A stretch of 64,000 bases of DNA from Octopus vulgaris (GCA_951406725.2 OX597832.1:35650001-35714000), one strand, 5' to 3'; numbered from the stretch's first letter, positions 1-13,594 are shown. A program made the numbers and translations. Notes: generated by a model from the sequence alone, not told the origin.

Positions 1-672
1 CCAGGAAGCTGGAAGGCTGCACCAGATTCCAGTCTGATTTGACATGGTTTTCTAGAGCTGGATGCCCTTCCTAATGCCAACCACTCTGAGAGCATAATGG
101 GTGCTTTTACATACCACTGGCACGTGTGCCATTTATGTGACACCAGTCTCTGCCATGACTGCAATTTTGCTTGACTTCATGGTCGTCTTCTCGAGCATGA
201 GATAATGCCAAATGTCTTGATCATTGCCTCTGTGAAGCCCAATGCTTGAAAAGAACTCAGCCACTTTCCCCCGTAAGGCCCAACACTCCAACAGTGCTCT
301 TTACGTGCCACTGGCATGGGTGCCACTTAAGTGACACCAACATCAGCCTTCACTATAATTTCACTTGGCTTGACGGGCCTTCTCAAGCACAGCATATTGC
401 CAAAAGTCTGTGAGGTCCAAAGTTCAAAGGTCATGCTTCACCACCTCGTCTCATGTCTTCTTGGGTCTACCTCTACTACAGGTTCTCTCAACAGTTAGAG
501 ATCGGCACTTCTTTACACAGCTGTCCTCATCCATATGCATCACATGACCATACCAGCACAACCGTCTCTCTTGCACACCTCATCTAATGCTGCCTCTTAT
601 GCCTAACTTATCTCTCAAGATGCTTACATTCTGTCAAACATGCTCACTGACATTGCACTTCCAGTGAAGCAT
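1..672 (-). mobile_element. RTE-clade LINE 3' fragment (ORF2 C-terminus + 3' UTR), runs off the window start
   Basis: Minus strand 672->440 translates to ...ILRDKLGIRGSIR*GVQERRLCWYGHVMHMDEDSCVKKCRSLTVERTCSRGRPKKT*DEV, the RTE RRLRWxGHVxRM...GRPxKTW signature with stops. The 3' UTR contains GGTTGGCATTAGGAAGGGCATCCAGC, shared with many other copies in the window. Confidence 0.85.
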
Positions 673-1430
673 AATAACACTGTTATACTAACGTAACAAA
701 ACAACAACACTTTCAAATATACTCTCTTATACTCTCTTTATACATCGTTTAATTTATTTAAAATACTTATCTTTGATGAAACAAAACACTTCACCTCACT
801 TTCTATCATTTAACAAAATACATGAACTTCCCTACACTACAAGTGCCAACTGGTTTCACAATGAGCCAACAGCATTCTATACCAACTTATTTACAACTGA
901 CTGTGGTGAAGCTTTTAACACTTAACAGTCTTGTCATGCTTTCTCAATGTAAATCTGCCCCTCATGTTAGAAACTAGGGATTTTGATGAAATGCAGTTAG
1001 GCATGTATAAAAAACATCATAAAAATATAACTCTAGCATGAATGTGAATGATATTTTTTGATACAATACAAAGATTGTTGCTGTATATTATGAATGTGGG
1101 TTTTTACCTGCTGATATTGATTTTTACTTGATGTCATATCACTTTCATTTGCCCACCTAGGTCGAATACACTTAGGTTGATTACACGGAGGTACTTAGAT
1201 ATCAATTACGATGATAGTGGTGGAGATGTGATGGCGACATTGTCGTTGTAAGTAATTATTATGAATAAATCTGTACGAAAGCTTGATAACATTGTATTCT
1301 GTTGTTAAGGTAAGGGCAATTATCATGTTGTAACAATCACTAAAAGCATCATCGTTCTTCGTCTTATCTTTCTAATGAACATTCATGTTACTATTCTTGA
1401 GTAGCTTTCCTCAATGTATGTAAGTATATG

Positions 1431-1487
<57 letters not shown>

Positions 1488-1527
1488 ATGAGATGGCAAA
1501 AGAATAAATGATTATCGTATGAACTCC

Positions 1528-1613
1528 ATTAGCGAACAATTGTTTCTGCTATAAGATGCAGTGGACTCATAGTTGAGTACCTGAGTAACACCTTACAGCT
1601 TCATCAGAGCCTC
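1528..1613 (-). ncRNA. Degenerate type-I hammerhead ribozyme motif (probable PLE footprint)
   Basis: Minus strand: GGCT-CTGATGA-A-[GCTGTAAGGTG...CATCTTATAGC long stem II]-A-GAAA-CAATTG-TT-CGCT. Core boxes intact, palindromic stem III, stem I partly broken. Confidence 0.6.
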
Positions 1614-2272
1614 AAATATGAAGTGCAATTTATTTGGGAAAAGCATTACATTTATGCATATATATATATTGGAAGAAACTATCAATGAGAAAGCAAACAG
1701 CTATGTGGAAGATGAAAACCTAGGGCTCCTCCCATAAATAGAATAAGATTAATTTTAGAATGTGTATAAAGATGGGTATATCCAGACTTAGATAAAAGGC
1801 AATTAGATCTAAAAGTAAAACTATATCTACACACACACACAGTTGTTCACCCTTGTTCGCAATATATATAAAAATAAGTGACATCCAGCCACTGATACAC
1901 ACACACACACACACACACACGCACGCATACATATATATGTTTGCACATCCTCACTTCTTAAAAAGTAGCGATGTTTGAGCAGTGTTGCCAATGTTCCCGT
2001 CAGCAACCCCCCCCCTACTCATAATGGTTAGCATCAGGAAGGGCATCTGGTTGTAAAATCAAAGCTTCAGCAACATATTTGTCATCCTATGTTAGCAAGT
2101 GAAAATGGACATAAAATGTCTCCCCTGACCCTATTTTAACCAATAAGAAGCTGTTAGAAATCGATACATTGACATTATTAATTTCCTTTTTTTTTTTTAT
2201 ATATTGGCATTTCATTGAATTACTTTTGCCAATGTAGCTGAATAAGTGGTTCCTTAGATTCTGGCTTTCACA

Positions 2273-2644
2273 TCTCTCTATATATAAACGGCAGTTTGTC
2301 TGTGCGTTTTCTGTGTGTCTGTTTTCTCGTACCCTCACCCTGACCACGGCTTTCAACCGATTCTGATGAAACTTGACACACACATAGCCCAATGTCATAA
2401 TTCAAAACTAACGCAGCGAAAATTTTGAAAAGTTCCCCCAGTTCTGAAAAAAATCGATAAATTCGACATGGGGTCGAGAATCAGAAACCCAAACCACAGA
2501 CCGTCTAGGGGACGCAACTCCACCTTTTTTAACTCTCAAAAAAATTTACCATCATTTTTTTGCTATTTTTTGGCTATAACTCTCTAAAAATGCTTTATAG
2601 TTATTTCCCTTACAAACCTGAGCAACGCCGGGCGATACTGCTAG
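2273..2644 (+). mobile_element. Non-autonomous Helitron (372 bp)
   Basis: Inserted between A and T. 5' TCTCTCTATATATAA, subterminal hairpin CCTGAGCAACGCCGGG (2617-2632), 3' CTAG (2641-2644). Retains many CpGs unlike its flanks, so probably recent. Confidence 0.85.
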
Positions 2645-2669
2645 TTTTATATAAATGGTTCAACTTAAC

Positions 2670-2975
2670 ATCAGTATATACCACCTTCTATATACATGGC
2701 TTTGCCCCCCCCCCACTCTTTCTCTCTCAGTACATATATTTATATATTACACACTCTGTATACCTGGTTCCATGTTTCACCACTATCCATCACACCCTGT
2801 ACGCATAGATCTACACACCACCACTATACACCACATTCTATGTACATGGTTCCAGATTCTACCACTCTCTCTCTATACATGATTCTATCCATCACCACTA
2901 TATACCACATTCCCTCTCTTTATATACATGGCTCTGCATACCACCAAATACATCACACTCTATACACATGATTCT
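2670..2975 (+). repeat. Degenerate ~40-bp minisatellite
   Basis: Recurring unit like ATACATGGTTCCA...CACCACTATACACCACA-TCT, about 7 imperfect copies. Confidence 0.75.
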
Positions 2976-3594
2976 GTACAATCTACCTAAATTACTAATT
3001 TACATTTAAAAATTATTGATTTTCTTTTTGAAAATAAATCATATTCACAATTGTTTCATATCACATTTTTTATGACTATGCATGAATAGCAAGGAAGACA
3101 CACAGACATAATCTTAATGATATACACACTGTCTGTCTGTCTGTCAGTGTGCCAGTCTGTCTTTCCTCCCTTCATATATAATAAACAATTGTTTGTTTAT
3201 TGTTATTGCTCCTCAAAGATTTTCCTTAATTTTACATGATTATCAAAATTCCAATGTTTTAATCTGAACCATTCTATACTGAGTGGAAAGAATTAGTCAG
3301 TGGCACCAATCCCTTGCACGGCTCATTTAGTTTTCTTCCTTTCCAAAAGATCCCACAAATATTCCACTGTTAGGATCTCAGAACATGACAGTACCACACT
3401 AGTACAATGTAAACGGATGATTTCATCAATAAGTATACCAATTGTTCTACCAACTCAACAACCAGCACAGTGTATAAGTGGCTGAGTATTCCACAGAAAT
3501 GTGTGCCCTTAATATTCAGGTAGAATCAGTATCACACAGCTTGAATTACTGGCATATTCCATATTATGGGTTTCCACTCAGTTTCTCTCTCTCT

Positions 3595-3926
3595 CTCTTA
3601 CTCTTTTACTTGTTTCAGTCATTAGACTACGGCCATGCTGGTGCACTGCCTTGAAGAATTTTTGTTGAGTGAATAGATCCCCAGTAGTTACAGGGACATA
3701 AACACACCAACACCAGTTATCAACTGGTGGTGTGGGACAAACACATACACATACATTTATATGATGGGCTTCTTTCAGTCTCCATCACCTAAATCCACTT
3801 ACAAGGCTTTGGTTGGTCTGAGGCTATAGTAGAAGCCACTTGCATAAGGCACCATGCTGTGGGACTGAACTCAGGACTATGTGGTTTGGAAGCAAACTTT
3901 TTACCCTGCAGCAATGCTTCTGCCCA
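3595..3926 (-). mobile_element. tRNA-derived CORE-type SINE (family A)
   Basis: Matches the family repeated through the window: tRNA-like head, CCTTGGGCAAGTGTCTTCTACTATAGCC body, internal (CA/TA)n, tail GACTGAAACAAGTAAAAGAG. Confidence 0.8.
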
Positions 3927-4213
3927 CATAATTTCACTTACAAGGTTTGGGTTAAATTGAGTGACAGAAGACTCCATCCCAAGATGAAATCCAGTGAAAT
4001 TGAATTTGGTGCCTTATAATTGCAAAGCAAAATGCTTCACCACTCAGCCATCCTCTCACAAGATATAGCAACACACATATTTCATGGCAATGTCTCATAC
4101 TAAGACTGTGTTACTAACATGGCACACAAACATTAGTCAAATTAATGTCTTATGTGGTGAAGAGAAAAAAAACAAAAAGACTTATACCATTGATATTATT
4201 TTGCAACAGCAGC

Positions 4214-4254
4214 AATCCAGCATGTTTCAGTCTTATTAGGCTTCCTCAGGAAAA
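4214..4254 (-). ncRNA. Possible decayed minimal hammerhead motif
   Basis: Minus strand TTTC-CTGAGGA-A-GCCT-AATA-AGAC-T-GAAA-CATG-CT-GGAT. Topology fits, but stem II has a mismatch and the cleavage triplet is altered. Confidence 0.4.
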
Positions 4255-5419
4255 CCTTAGCCTTCTCCATATTTGCTAGATTAATGATAAGAGAACCACT
4301 CTGTGTGTAATAATAATTATAAACTTCATAAGAAGGTATAATATTATATACATTTGACTGATCAAAATTGACCAGAGATAAAACCCATAAAGTAAACGAT
4401 TGTCAAGTTAGGGTCATCTAATTAATTAGCTCACTTATCACTTGTCACTGGCTTTGTCTCTCACTACAATCTATAAGATTTAGAAATTTTATATAACATT
4501 ATAGTATCCTCATATATATCATTATTTCAAAATCATTTTCATATGGTGGCATCGTTGACACAGTTCTCATTTGTGCCTCAATCTTGTGGAATCTTGCAAA
4601 TTACATTCATCTTAACAACTCTCTTTCAGCCATCTTTTCCACTGCTGCTGTCCAACATCAATACAAAGTGTTTCATCACCAACCATGACAACCACAGTCA
4701 AATCTCTGGTCTCATATCTCAATATCTTAGATGTCTCTCTCTCTCATTTTCTGCCTCATTTAATTTCACTCAATTCTTATCTGTTAAATACCATATGCCA
4801 TAGCATTTCTCTCTAATCATTAAATCAGATTGAAATACATCATATTTAACAAAATGAAGATCTCAACATCAAATCCATCCATTATCATTTATTAGCATAA
4901 TACTGAATGCTGGCTTCTCCTTACTGGTATAGTTAAGATGTGTTTCACATAGGTGGGCAGCCAGGCAAGTATGCATACATGCATACCACCTTGTATATGT
5001 ATATACAATATGCATGCACACACAACATACACACACACATACAAGCATGCATGCATACATACATACATACATACACACATACATGTTAGATAGGACTGTT
5101 GCACTGTGTCTCTTAATGTGTTGCATCATTTCCCCAGAAACACGACTGTACTATGGATGGGAGACCAACTGTTATAGGTTAGGGAGCTGGATAAGCATAC
5201 GTGTATCAGACCAAATAATTGGTACTAATAATAAAATATTGAAACCAAGGCAAAATATCAAAGTCTGCCAACACAAACTTATGAAAAGATTGCTTACAGT
5301 CCTTTAGCAGTAATGTCAAGAGGTCACACATTCTCATTAGAGCTCATTGCCAAGCATAGCTCATGTATTCTACACTATTTGTTATGTGTTTTATGTTATT
5401 TAATGACTTTGTCAGAGAC

Positions 5420-5597
5420 ATGTAAAAGGCACCCAGTGCATTCTGTAAAGTGGTTGGCATTAGGAACGGCATCCAGGCTGTAGAAACCAAACCAAAACAG
5501 AGACGACTGGCGTAACTCTCTGGTTTACCAGTTCCAGTCAAACCATCCAACCCATACCCACATGGAAAATGGGTGCTAAATGATGATGATGATGATG
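5420..5597 (+). mobile_element. RTE 3'-tail copy (5'-truncated LINE or RTE-tailed SINE)
   Basis: GTGGTTGGCATTAGGAACGGCATCCAGGCTGTAGAAACC...CCATCCAACCCAT...CATGGAAA followed by a (GAT)n tail. Confidence 0.8.
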
Positions 5598-5693
5598 TGT
5601 TAACTTCAAAATGCATCTTTTAATTATCTGTGAAGGATGAAAAGAATGTGAAACTTTCATCCCCCCATCAATTATTTGCAATGACTTCAGCCA

Positions 5694-5752
5694 CGGTGCA
5701 GCAGCCTGCTGGCCAATTGCAACGGTGCACCAGCCTGCTGGCCAATTGCAAC
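5694..5752 (+). repeat. 28-bp tandem duplication
   Basis: ACGGTGCA(G/C)CAGCCTGCTGGCCAATTGCA twice, one mismatch. Confidence 0.85.
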
Positions 5753-6267
5753 ATTTTCAGAAATACAAGCTTTATATCCTGCATGTCATTTCTTTCGACT
5801 GAAATATAAACGAATATAAACACTTAATGGATAAGGCATAACTTATATAACCTGGTTTATGTAGGATAACATTTTTTCATTCTTTATTCCACATACTCAT
5901 ACATTTTCTCCTACAAAACTATTTAAAAATATCTTGTAATAAGGGAACCACACTAAATTTGTTTTGTTCCACAAACTGTACTGGTAAATTAATAGGAGGA
6001 GTAGGATGTAAAATAGGAGCATGATACCATATATACATCAGAATATATGGTATCAGATGCATACAATAAAACCTCAATCTTGCCTTACTCAAAGTTTGTT
6101 TAAAAAGTCTATGGAAATAAACACAGAGAGCACACAAACAAAACAGGGATGCAACAATGGTTACTAAATTACTTTTGGAGCTCCGAGCCTCTCACTGAAC
6201 ATTGTTCTGTTGTATATTCTATTGCACCATGTCAAACTGACCTACATAAACACTTCTATTTAATGTA

Positions 6268-6512
6268 ATAATAGTTTCTTATTTAGGCACAAAGGCAGAA
6301 ATTTTGAGGGTAGGGAGGGGGGGGGGGCTTGTTGATTAATCAACCCAAGTATTGTACTGGTATTTTATTCGTCATTCCTGGAGGGTGAAAAGTAAAGCTG
6401 ACTTGAATTAGGATTTGAACTAAGAGTATAAAGAACTAGAAAAATACTGCAAAGCATTTTTTCTGACACACTAATAATCTGGGCACACTAATAATCCGAC
6501 CCTATTTAGCCA
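6268..6512 (-). mobile_element. tRNA-derived SINE with Meta-like central domain (family B), diverged
   Basis: Similar to 57781-57993 and 61293-61482 (GGCACAA..., ACTGGTA.TT.ATT..., GAAAAGTAAAG.TGAC..., ATTTGAACT). Confidence 0.7.
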
Positions 6513-7081
6513 TATTAATGGTAAAGAGTAAATTAATAGTTTTTTGAAGTCTGGTTCAAATTAATCTCCAACTTAACTCCATGCCAACTATATTGTGCTC
6601 TTCACAACAATCTCCTATGGTCAAAGACCTTGACATCATTTTACTGGCAATCAACTGACAAGCTAATTAACAAATGATTTAAAACACTTCTTTTGCTGTA
6701 CAAAGAAATCTATAAGATATCTGTGGTTGAGGTTTTGGAATCAATAAACACTGAAGCATTCATAGAATTATTTTGTAAAAAGATTCATCATTGAAGTGAT
6801 ATGTTCATATGCATCAAGTGGCCCAGGAAGCAGGTTTATGTAATAGCTGTCTAAATTGATTCTGACTGGTCTGATTCTCAAATGGACGAAGAGAGATGCA
6901 ATTTTATCAGCATTCCAAAAAATATCACACCGTTTCAAAAAACATTCAATTGCTGTTGTCTGTATTTTTTATATATTGTACACTATTATATTATATAGCA
7001 GCTCGCAGTATGTGTAAACGCATGTGTATCTTTGCATACAATATACATACATACATATATATATATATATAAAATTAACAT

Positions 7082-7239
7082 AGGCGCAGACGTAGCTATG
7101 TGTTAAGTAGCTTGCTTACCAACTACATGGTTCCGGGTAGAGTCCCACTATGTGACACCTTGGACAAGTGTCTTCTACTATAGCCTTGGGCCAACCAAAG
7201 CCTTGTGAGTGGATTTGGTAAATGGAAACTGAAAGAAGC

Positions 7240-7245
<6 letters not shown>
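7082..7245 (+). mobile_element. CORE-type SINE family A, 5' half
   Basis: AGGCGCAGACGTAGCTATGTGTTAAGTAGCTTGCTTACCAAC...CCGGGTAGAGTCCC (decayed A/B boxes), then CACCTTGGACAAGTGTCTTCTACTATAGCC; ends at the internal (TA)n. Confidence 0.85.
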
Positions 7246-7270
<25 letters not shown>

Positions 7271-8539
7271 GCTCATTGCTAGTGGAGTGGCCATGCTTAC
7301 ACTGTAAAGCCAGAAAGATAAATGGTGTGATTAGGCTCAAACTTCGATCACATGACCACAATAGTACCAACTGTAAGCACGCATGCGCAGAAGGTAGTGC
7401 GACAATAATAAAGGTATGTTATGGCAAAAGTGTGGATAATTTTTGACTTCCCCTCGTACTTGGGAGCATCGTAGGGTAGTTGATTGTCCCCTAGATACTA
7501 TGGTGAAAGGAATTACCTATGCACCAGATACTCTCTCCAAGTTCATTGGTCATGCACACACATATATGATACTGAGTAGTACATGGGTGTATATAATGAA
7601 AACCTATAGAGAAATTACAAGACTAATAATTCGATATTTGTTATATCAATTCCTCAACCAAATAAGTTGGCCAAATTGTATCATTTTAGGTTAACAGTTT
7701 TACATTTGAACAGAAATACATGCTTAAAGTGAAACCTACACGCAAACAGCATTCTCAAATATCACCAATATCCAAATGTGCTATTGGTGAGTTGTTCTAA
7801 TTTAATTTTTATGTTCCTAGCAATCAATGGTAGCATCAACCACCAGGTATATACAAAGGCAAGAATTTTTGATGAAAAGGTTCTGACATTTCTGTTTGCT
7901 ATTCCTGCTTCATGTTGGATTCATTAAGAAACAAACAGAATTGGATGAAAATATTTTCTGTTTCACAAAAATGTTTTTTATGCTCCATGAATGGATAAGG
8001 AGAAAATAATAAATGGAAAATAAACCAAAAGTACTTCTTTTTCAAATACTAACAGAAATAATCAAACAGTTTATGTAATTAATTAGCTATTGATTCCTAA
8101 CAATTACTATAATGGCTAGCTTTAGCTTTCTCTCTTCAGGGACACTGAACCTGGCATTTGGTTCTTTCTTAGCAGACAATAAATCTGTCATCCTGTCATC
8201 TTGTAACTTGTTTTTGTGATATAATGTGGCACTGCATGGTGGAGCAGAGGGAGAGGTGAAGAATGAAAAAATGGTAGAGAGCAAAATAAAAGAAAAGAAT
8301 GAGAGAAAATTGGGAAATGAGAAAAGGAGGGAGAGTAACGAAAAGAGGAGACAAAAGTTGGCTGGTTGATTGGAAAAGAAAGAAAAGGACCTAAAATGAA
8401 TGTACTTTCACTTTACAGGACCATCCACATATATTAGGTAATCCCTAAAATCAGGAGCTTAAATAAAGAAGTTTGCTTTAGAAGAATTAAGAACTATGTC
8501 TTAACTTATATCAAAATGGTGTCGATATGAGCAGAGGTT

Positions 8540-8760
8540 CCAGGCAAAATAAGAACCAGTTCTATTGTTGCAGAAGAACTACATTAATCTTGGAGATCTA
8601 TTTAAGGTTTCTCATGTGTGGCAGAATAATGCAGGAATAAGATGTTTCCAAAACAAGTTAACAATGGAAACAAAGCTTCTGCGGGAACCCCTTTTAACCC
8701 CCTGAACAAGGGAATTCGATTTATGAAGGTATTACTGCCAGAGGAGATATTACACAGATT
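8540..8760 (+). mobile_element. Possible very old LINE APE-endonuclease remnant
   Basis: Translations NYINLGDLFKVSHVW and NNGNK resemble the ILGDFNAHVG and NxNG motifs; heavily decayed. Confidence 0.3.
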
Positions 8761-9404
8761 CTTAACTTATAATAACTATAGCAACGGTAGATTATTATAC
8801 AGAGTCCAAATGTGTTCAAAATGAATAACAAACACTGTTCCAACTGACTTCTAGCAACTCATATAATTTGAGGAGCCAAACTGAATATTTAAGAAAATCT
8901 TCAGATACTGGATATTCCCATGACTAAAAGGAATCTGTCTAATTTGAAAGTCATTATAGAAGTATCCAATAAAATGTCTATAGATATTATATATAACATT
9001 ATGATCTTTGAAGATAACTCCATTGTCTAAGTATCTGAAGAGTCATAGAATCATAAAAGCTTATCCTCAAAATATAAAGCTGAGTTCTTCAAGAATAGCA
9101 AAATTCAAATTAGTTTTGACTTCTTACACAAGAAAGAATTGTGATATGTGAAAGATTAAGATCAAAAGAAAATAAACACAGTTGTCAGACAGTTGATGTT
9201 ATGTAGAGTGTGAGTGCACAGCAACGCATGTAAATTGTGGCTATACTGTGATGTATGCAGTGGGACTGTACAATGCAACTACCAACATTCCAACGGTGAC
9301 AATCCAGAAGCCTGTTATAAGACTGATATAAGAAGCATGTTTTCAAATGGAGAAATATGTTCTCAAACCAAACAACCAGAACTATCCAAACATGATCGAC
9401 GCCA

Positions 9405-9614
9405 GGTTTGTCTGCTGGCCTCCGTGCCGGTGGCATTTAAAAAGCACCCACTTCACTCTCAGAGTGGTTGGCATTAGGAAGGGCATCCAGCTGTAGAAAT
9501 ATTGCCAGATCAGATAGGAGCCTGGTGCATCTGCTGGCTCTCCAGACCCCAGTCAAACCGCCCAATCCATGCCAGCATAGATAACGGATGTTAAACGGTG
9601 ATGATGATGATGAT
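9405..9614 (+). mobile_element. RTE 3'-tail copy
   Basis: CTGGCCTCCGTGCCGGTGGCA...AAAAAGCACCC...GGTTGGCATTAGGAAGGGCATCCAGCTGTAGAAA...(GAT)n. Confidence 0.85.
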
Positions 9615-9862
9615 AAGGAATCAATTTAGATAAATATTAGCAACTAAATGGACAATTTCAATAATATGACTATAGTATTGCCATGAGTTGGAAGGCAAGA
9701 TGTAGGGAACACTATAGGATGTGGCCTACAGTCTTGGCCTGAATGCTTGCAAGAGAGTGAATTCTGCTAAAGATAGCCAAAGGTCAAGTGGTCGACTTTA
9801 AACTGAGGGGCAACAATGGATTTTGCTAAACACAACCAAAGCCCAAATGGTGGTGTTAAACA

Positions 9863-11130
9863 ATCAGGCTGAGCAAAAAGTGAGCAACGTTTTGAAACAT
9901 GAAATTTATCACAATATCTTTAAAAAATGTGGAAATTTTATTCGCCAAAGTAAGTACCATTACAATCAACACATTTTTGCCAATGAGTTAAAAGTTTTTT
10001 CATTCCAGTAACATAAAAGTCTGAAGTTCTGGAACTGATGAACTCTTTGAATGCACTTTCAGCATCGGTTTGATTTTTGGACTCCTTCTCTCACAGGAAA
10101 CCATCAAGGTGCTTGAAAAAGTGGTAATCAGTAGGAGAAAGGTCTGGGGAATAAGCTGGGTGGGGAAGAACTTTATAGCCAAGTTCTCTCAACATTAGTG
10201 AAATGCGTAGTCATGCATTGCCATGAAGAATGATTGGGCCTCTTCTGTTGTCCAATCTGGGTCAGAAGAGTAGAAGTTTTTCATTCATTTTGGCAATTTC
10301 ATGGCAATAGGTTTCTGAAGTAATGGTTTATCTGGGTTTTAAGAAATCATAGTAGATGGGTCCAGCAGTACCCCACCAAACATAATCTTCTTTTTGAAGA
10401 GCTTGGGTTAGAGGAAGGTTTTTAGTGCTTCATTTTGACACAACCACAGCAAAGAGTGTTTTTTTATTATTGTATAGAATCCACTTTTCATCACTAGTTA
10501 CAATACAGCCGAGAAATGGAATGGTCTGGTTATGGAGAAGAAGCGACGAGCTAATTTCATATCTTTGCATTTTCTAATTTTCAAATCATGTGGTACCTAT
10601 TTGTCAAGCTTTATTAATTTTCTGATTACATGCAAAGAGTTGCAGGCAGTTTTCTAGCTCACTTGAATTTCTTTTGCCAGTTCTCATGTGGTTTTATGTG
10701 GATCTTTCCCAATGATGGTCTTTGATTGACCATCATCGATGACAGACTTGCATGCCCTACGCTCACAATCTTCAAGGCTCAGGTCTCAGGTCTCCACTGC
10801 GAAATCGTTTAAACCATTTTTGAGCTGACCTCTCACTGGTCATTTCTGCACCAAATATTTCATTGATATCACAAGCAGTTTCAGCTGCTTTACATCCATT
10901 TTTGAAGTTCAGTAGCAAAATTGCTTGAATATCGAGCTTTGACAGTTCAATTTCAGATGATTGTAACAACAGTGGAAAAAATATCAATGTTAATTTATTG
11001 ATGCATTTGGACAAGTCTATGTCTGTATTATCAGACAATTTTAAAAAAAATGTTTAAAAAATATTCAAAACACTTCAAAAATCCAGTGCAAATTCTTTAT
11101 AGTTCAAAACATTGCTTACCCAACCTGATA
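9863..11130 (-). mobile_element. Near full-length decayed mariner transposon (~1.27 kb)
   Basis: Imperfect TIRs ATCAGGCTGAGCAAAAAGTGAGCAACGTTTTGAA / TTCAAAACATTGCTTAC..CCAACCTGATA. Transposase HTH ILLLNFKNGCKAAETACDINEIFGAEMTSERSAQKWFKRFRSGD and IVTSDEKWILYNN; stops and frameshifts. Confidence 0.9.
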
Positions 11131-11547
11131 GATGATGGATTAATTTTATCTCTCAAGAACAGGAATGGTCCCCTCCATGAACTTCCATTTCAGGAAATCT
11201 GCCAGCCATCTGAATACCTACCAATCACATGAATGAGCAGTTCAGATCGGCTTCATTAGGCAGCTGATTATCAATACTAAGTTCTTCCCCAGTGAAGAAT
11301 GTACCAGTTAACACAAACAAATGAAGTCTGAGCTCAGAGCAAGAGCATTATGGACAGTTGGAGACAAAAGACAATCTGGGTTTCTTTGGTGAAATATCCC
11401 AAGCCAGATATCAGACAATGACGTTGACAATTATGGTGGTATTAGTTCAACATTTGTTCAGGCCATCTCAGTGAAATGGAAAATATTTTTTTATTTAGAA
11501 TAAACTAGAGTAAAGTAGTAACAGTCATTAATAAATGGTGGCACAAA

Positions 11548-11666
11548 GAGTGGATGTGATTGGCTGCTGGGAAAGGAAGTGATGCGTGAGTGGATGTGAT
11601 TGGCTGCTGGGAAAGGAAGTGATGCGTGAGTGGATGTGATTGGCTGCTGGGAAAGGAAGTGATGCG
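11548..11666 (+). repeat. Perfect 40-bp tandem repeat, ~3 copies
   Basis: GAGTGGATGTGATTGGCTGCTGGGAAAGGAAGTGATGCGT at 11548, 11588 and 11628 (last copy lacks the final base). Confidence 0.95.
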
Positions 11667-12547
11667 AGATGATCAGGGATAATAACAGATGATGTGGTGA
11701 TAAGAGACTTAACAGAAATATAATAGTAGTCTCTAGCATTGAAAATTGAAGAGGATGTGTGAGAAAGAATGCTAATAGAATGTATATTTTATTAGACAAA
11801 GTTGGTTTATAAGAGACCACAGAGGAATTGTTCATACTGAACTTGAAGAAATGTTATCATTTCATAATAAAGAAAAATCATATTGATTAAGATACCTTAC
11901 TGAGCAGGTAATGAGAATATGTTTTGACAATGACATGATCAAAATCAATAGTTAGAATCAAATTAATTACATGAGATCAATACAGGAGAAAGAAGAACAA
12001 TAAAAAGAGTGTTAGATATTTAATTCAGTATCATTACCCCAGAAAGCAATTGATCTGTTAGTGAAATAGAGAATGCATTTTGTAGAGAAGGCAAGTGTGT
12101 GCTTGTCATTATTATAGCAAATAAATAGAATAAAAAAATAAATTTAGTATTGTAATCATTGATCATATATATTTATATATTGACTACATCAAATATATAA
12201 AAGCATTATATAAAACCTCAATCATGCATGTTAACTGTATTTATCTAATGTGCATATACACATGTGTGTGAGTATGTTTGTGTGATCTTGCCTTTTATAT
12301 AGTTCTTACACTTGGCTGAAGTCAACACACTAAATAAGTGCATACATACATGGACGTGTGTGTGTGTGTGTGTGTGTGTGTATGTATTAAAAATATGTAT
12401 TGTTTATATAGTTACAGAGATGCATGAATATATTCTGATGGGTTCCAGCATGACATTGCTGTAAAAACTGCAATTAATTGTCAACGATTATGTCTTCATA
12501 TATGAACAGATAACACTGAAGTTACTTTTATGATCTGTGTGTGTATG

Positions 12548-12582
<35 letters not shown>

Positions 12583-13079
12583 AGGTGAACTATAAAAGTT
12601 AGCCATAATACATTGACAGAATTATCTGTCAATAGATACATCATAGCAGTTTACATGTATTTTACATTTATCTAAAATCTTGCCAGCTGCTTGGATATGT
12701 GTCGAGCCTTAAACATTTCTCAAACTACAAATTGGTGAAGTCCTTAGAGCTTTCAGTTAATGCTTTACAGAATTCGTTCAAGTTCTCTAAACTTTGAATT
12801 CAATTCCTGCCAAAGTCAACTTATTTCCATCTTTCCATGGTTGATTCATGAAGTCTCTCTTCAGGACGACAGATTAACGGAATTGTTAGATCTCTTCTGG
12901 TTGTGCTCTGATGGCAATACCTGCAATGATATTGGTCCCTTTGCCTTTCTTTTCAACAATACCAATGGTGTGGAGAGGGGACACTTGCATGCAGAGACAA
13001 ATGCTTGTCTTTGTAAAAACTTCACCCGGCCTGTGTCTTGGAGGCCAGGCTGAAGTTTCTGCATATCTTGTGAGGCACT

Positions 13080-13215
13080 TTTTAGGTGCAGCTGCATTGT
13101 CTGATATATATACAGGGTATTGTTTCTAATCTTCCTGAAAACATGTCCAGACCAAAAGAAATATTAATCTTTCTTGAAAACAAGTGAGGGTTGGCATCAG
13201 GAAGGGCATCTGGCA
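13080..13215 (+). mobile_element. Fragment of a second RTE-tailed repeat
   Basis: GAAAACATGTCC...GAAATATT...GTGAGGGTTGGCATCAGGAAGGGCATCTGG; a related tail lies at ~2025-2120. Confidence 0.55.
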
Positions 13216-13594
13216 ATTCAGTCTGACCCATACATACATATTAGAGTCAGTACAATATATTTGGGTCTTTTTTACCTTTATGTTCCTGTTAAACCCCTAT
13301 TTTCTCTCTTCTTCTTCACTACCCTCTTATCTATTACTCCCATTCTCTCTTATGTTACCTATTTCCTGATGAATGCTCTTGAATTTCTCTTTCCTGCCAT
13401 CACTCTTCACAATTGTATCTCTCTTCCATTATACATCTATGGAACAATAACTGCTCTACAATCACCCTTATTTCTAATGAATTGTCTGTCTTTCTGTCTG
13501 TCTGTTTTTCTCTCTCTCTCTCTCAGACCCATTACTTCCTTATCACTAATTACTGACATTTCTCTTCCTCTCACTCTCTCTCTCACGTGCATGT

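Noticed and set aside
11548-11666. CRISPR-like array
   Set aside because: Units are directly adjacent with no spacers, and the context is eukaryotic. The same holds for the minisatellites at 2670, 34500 and 45378.
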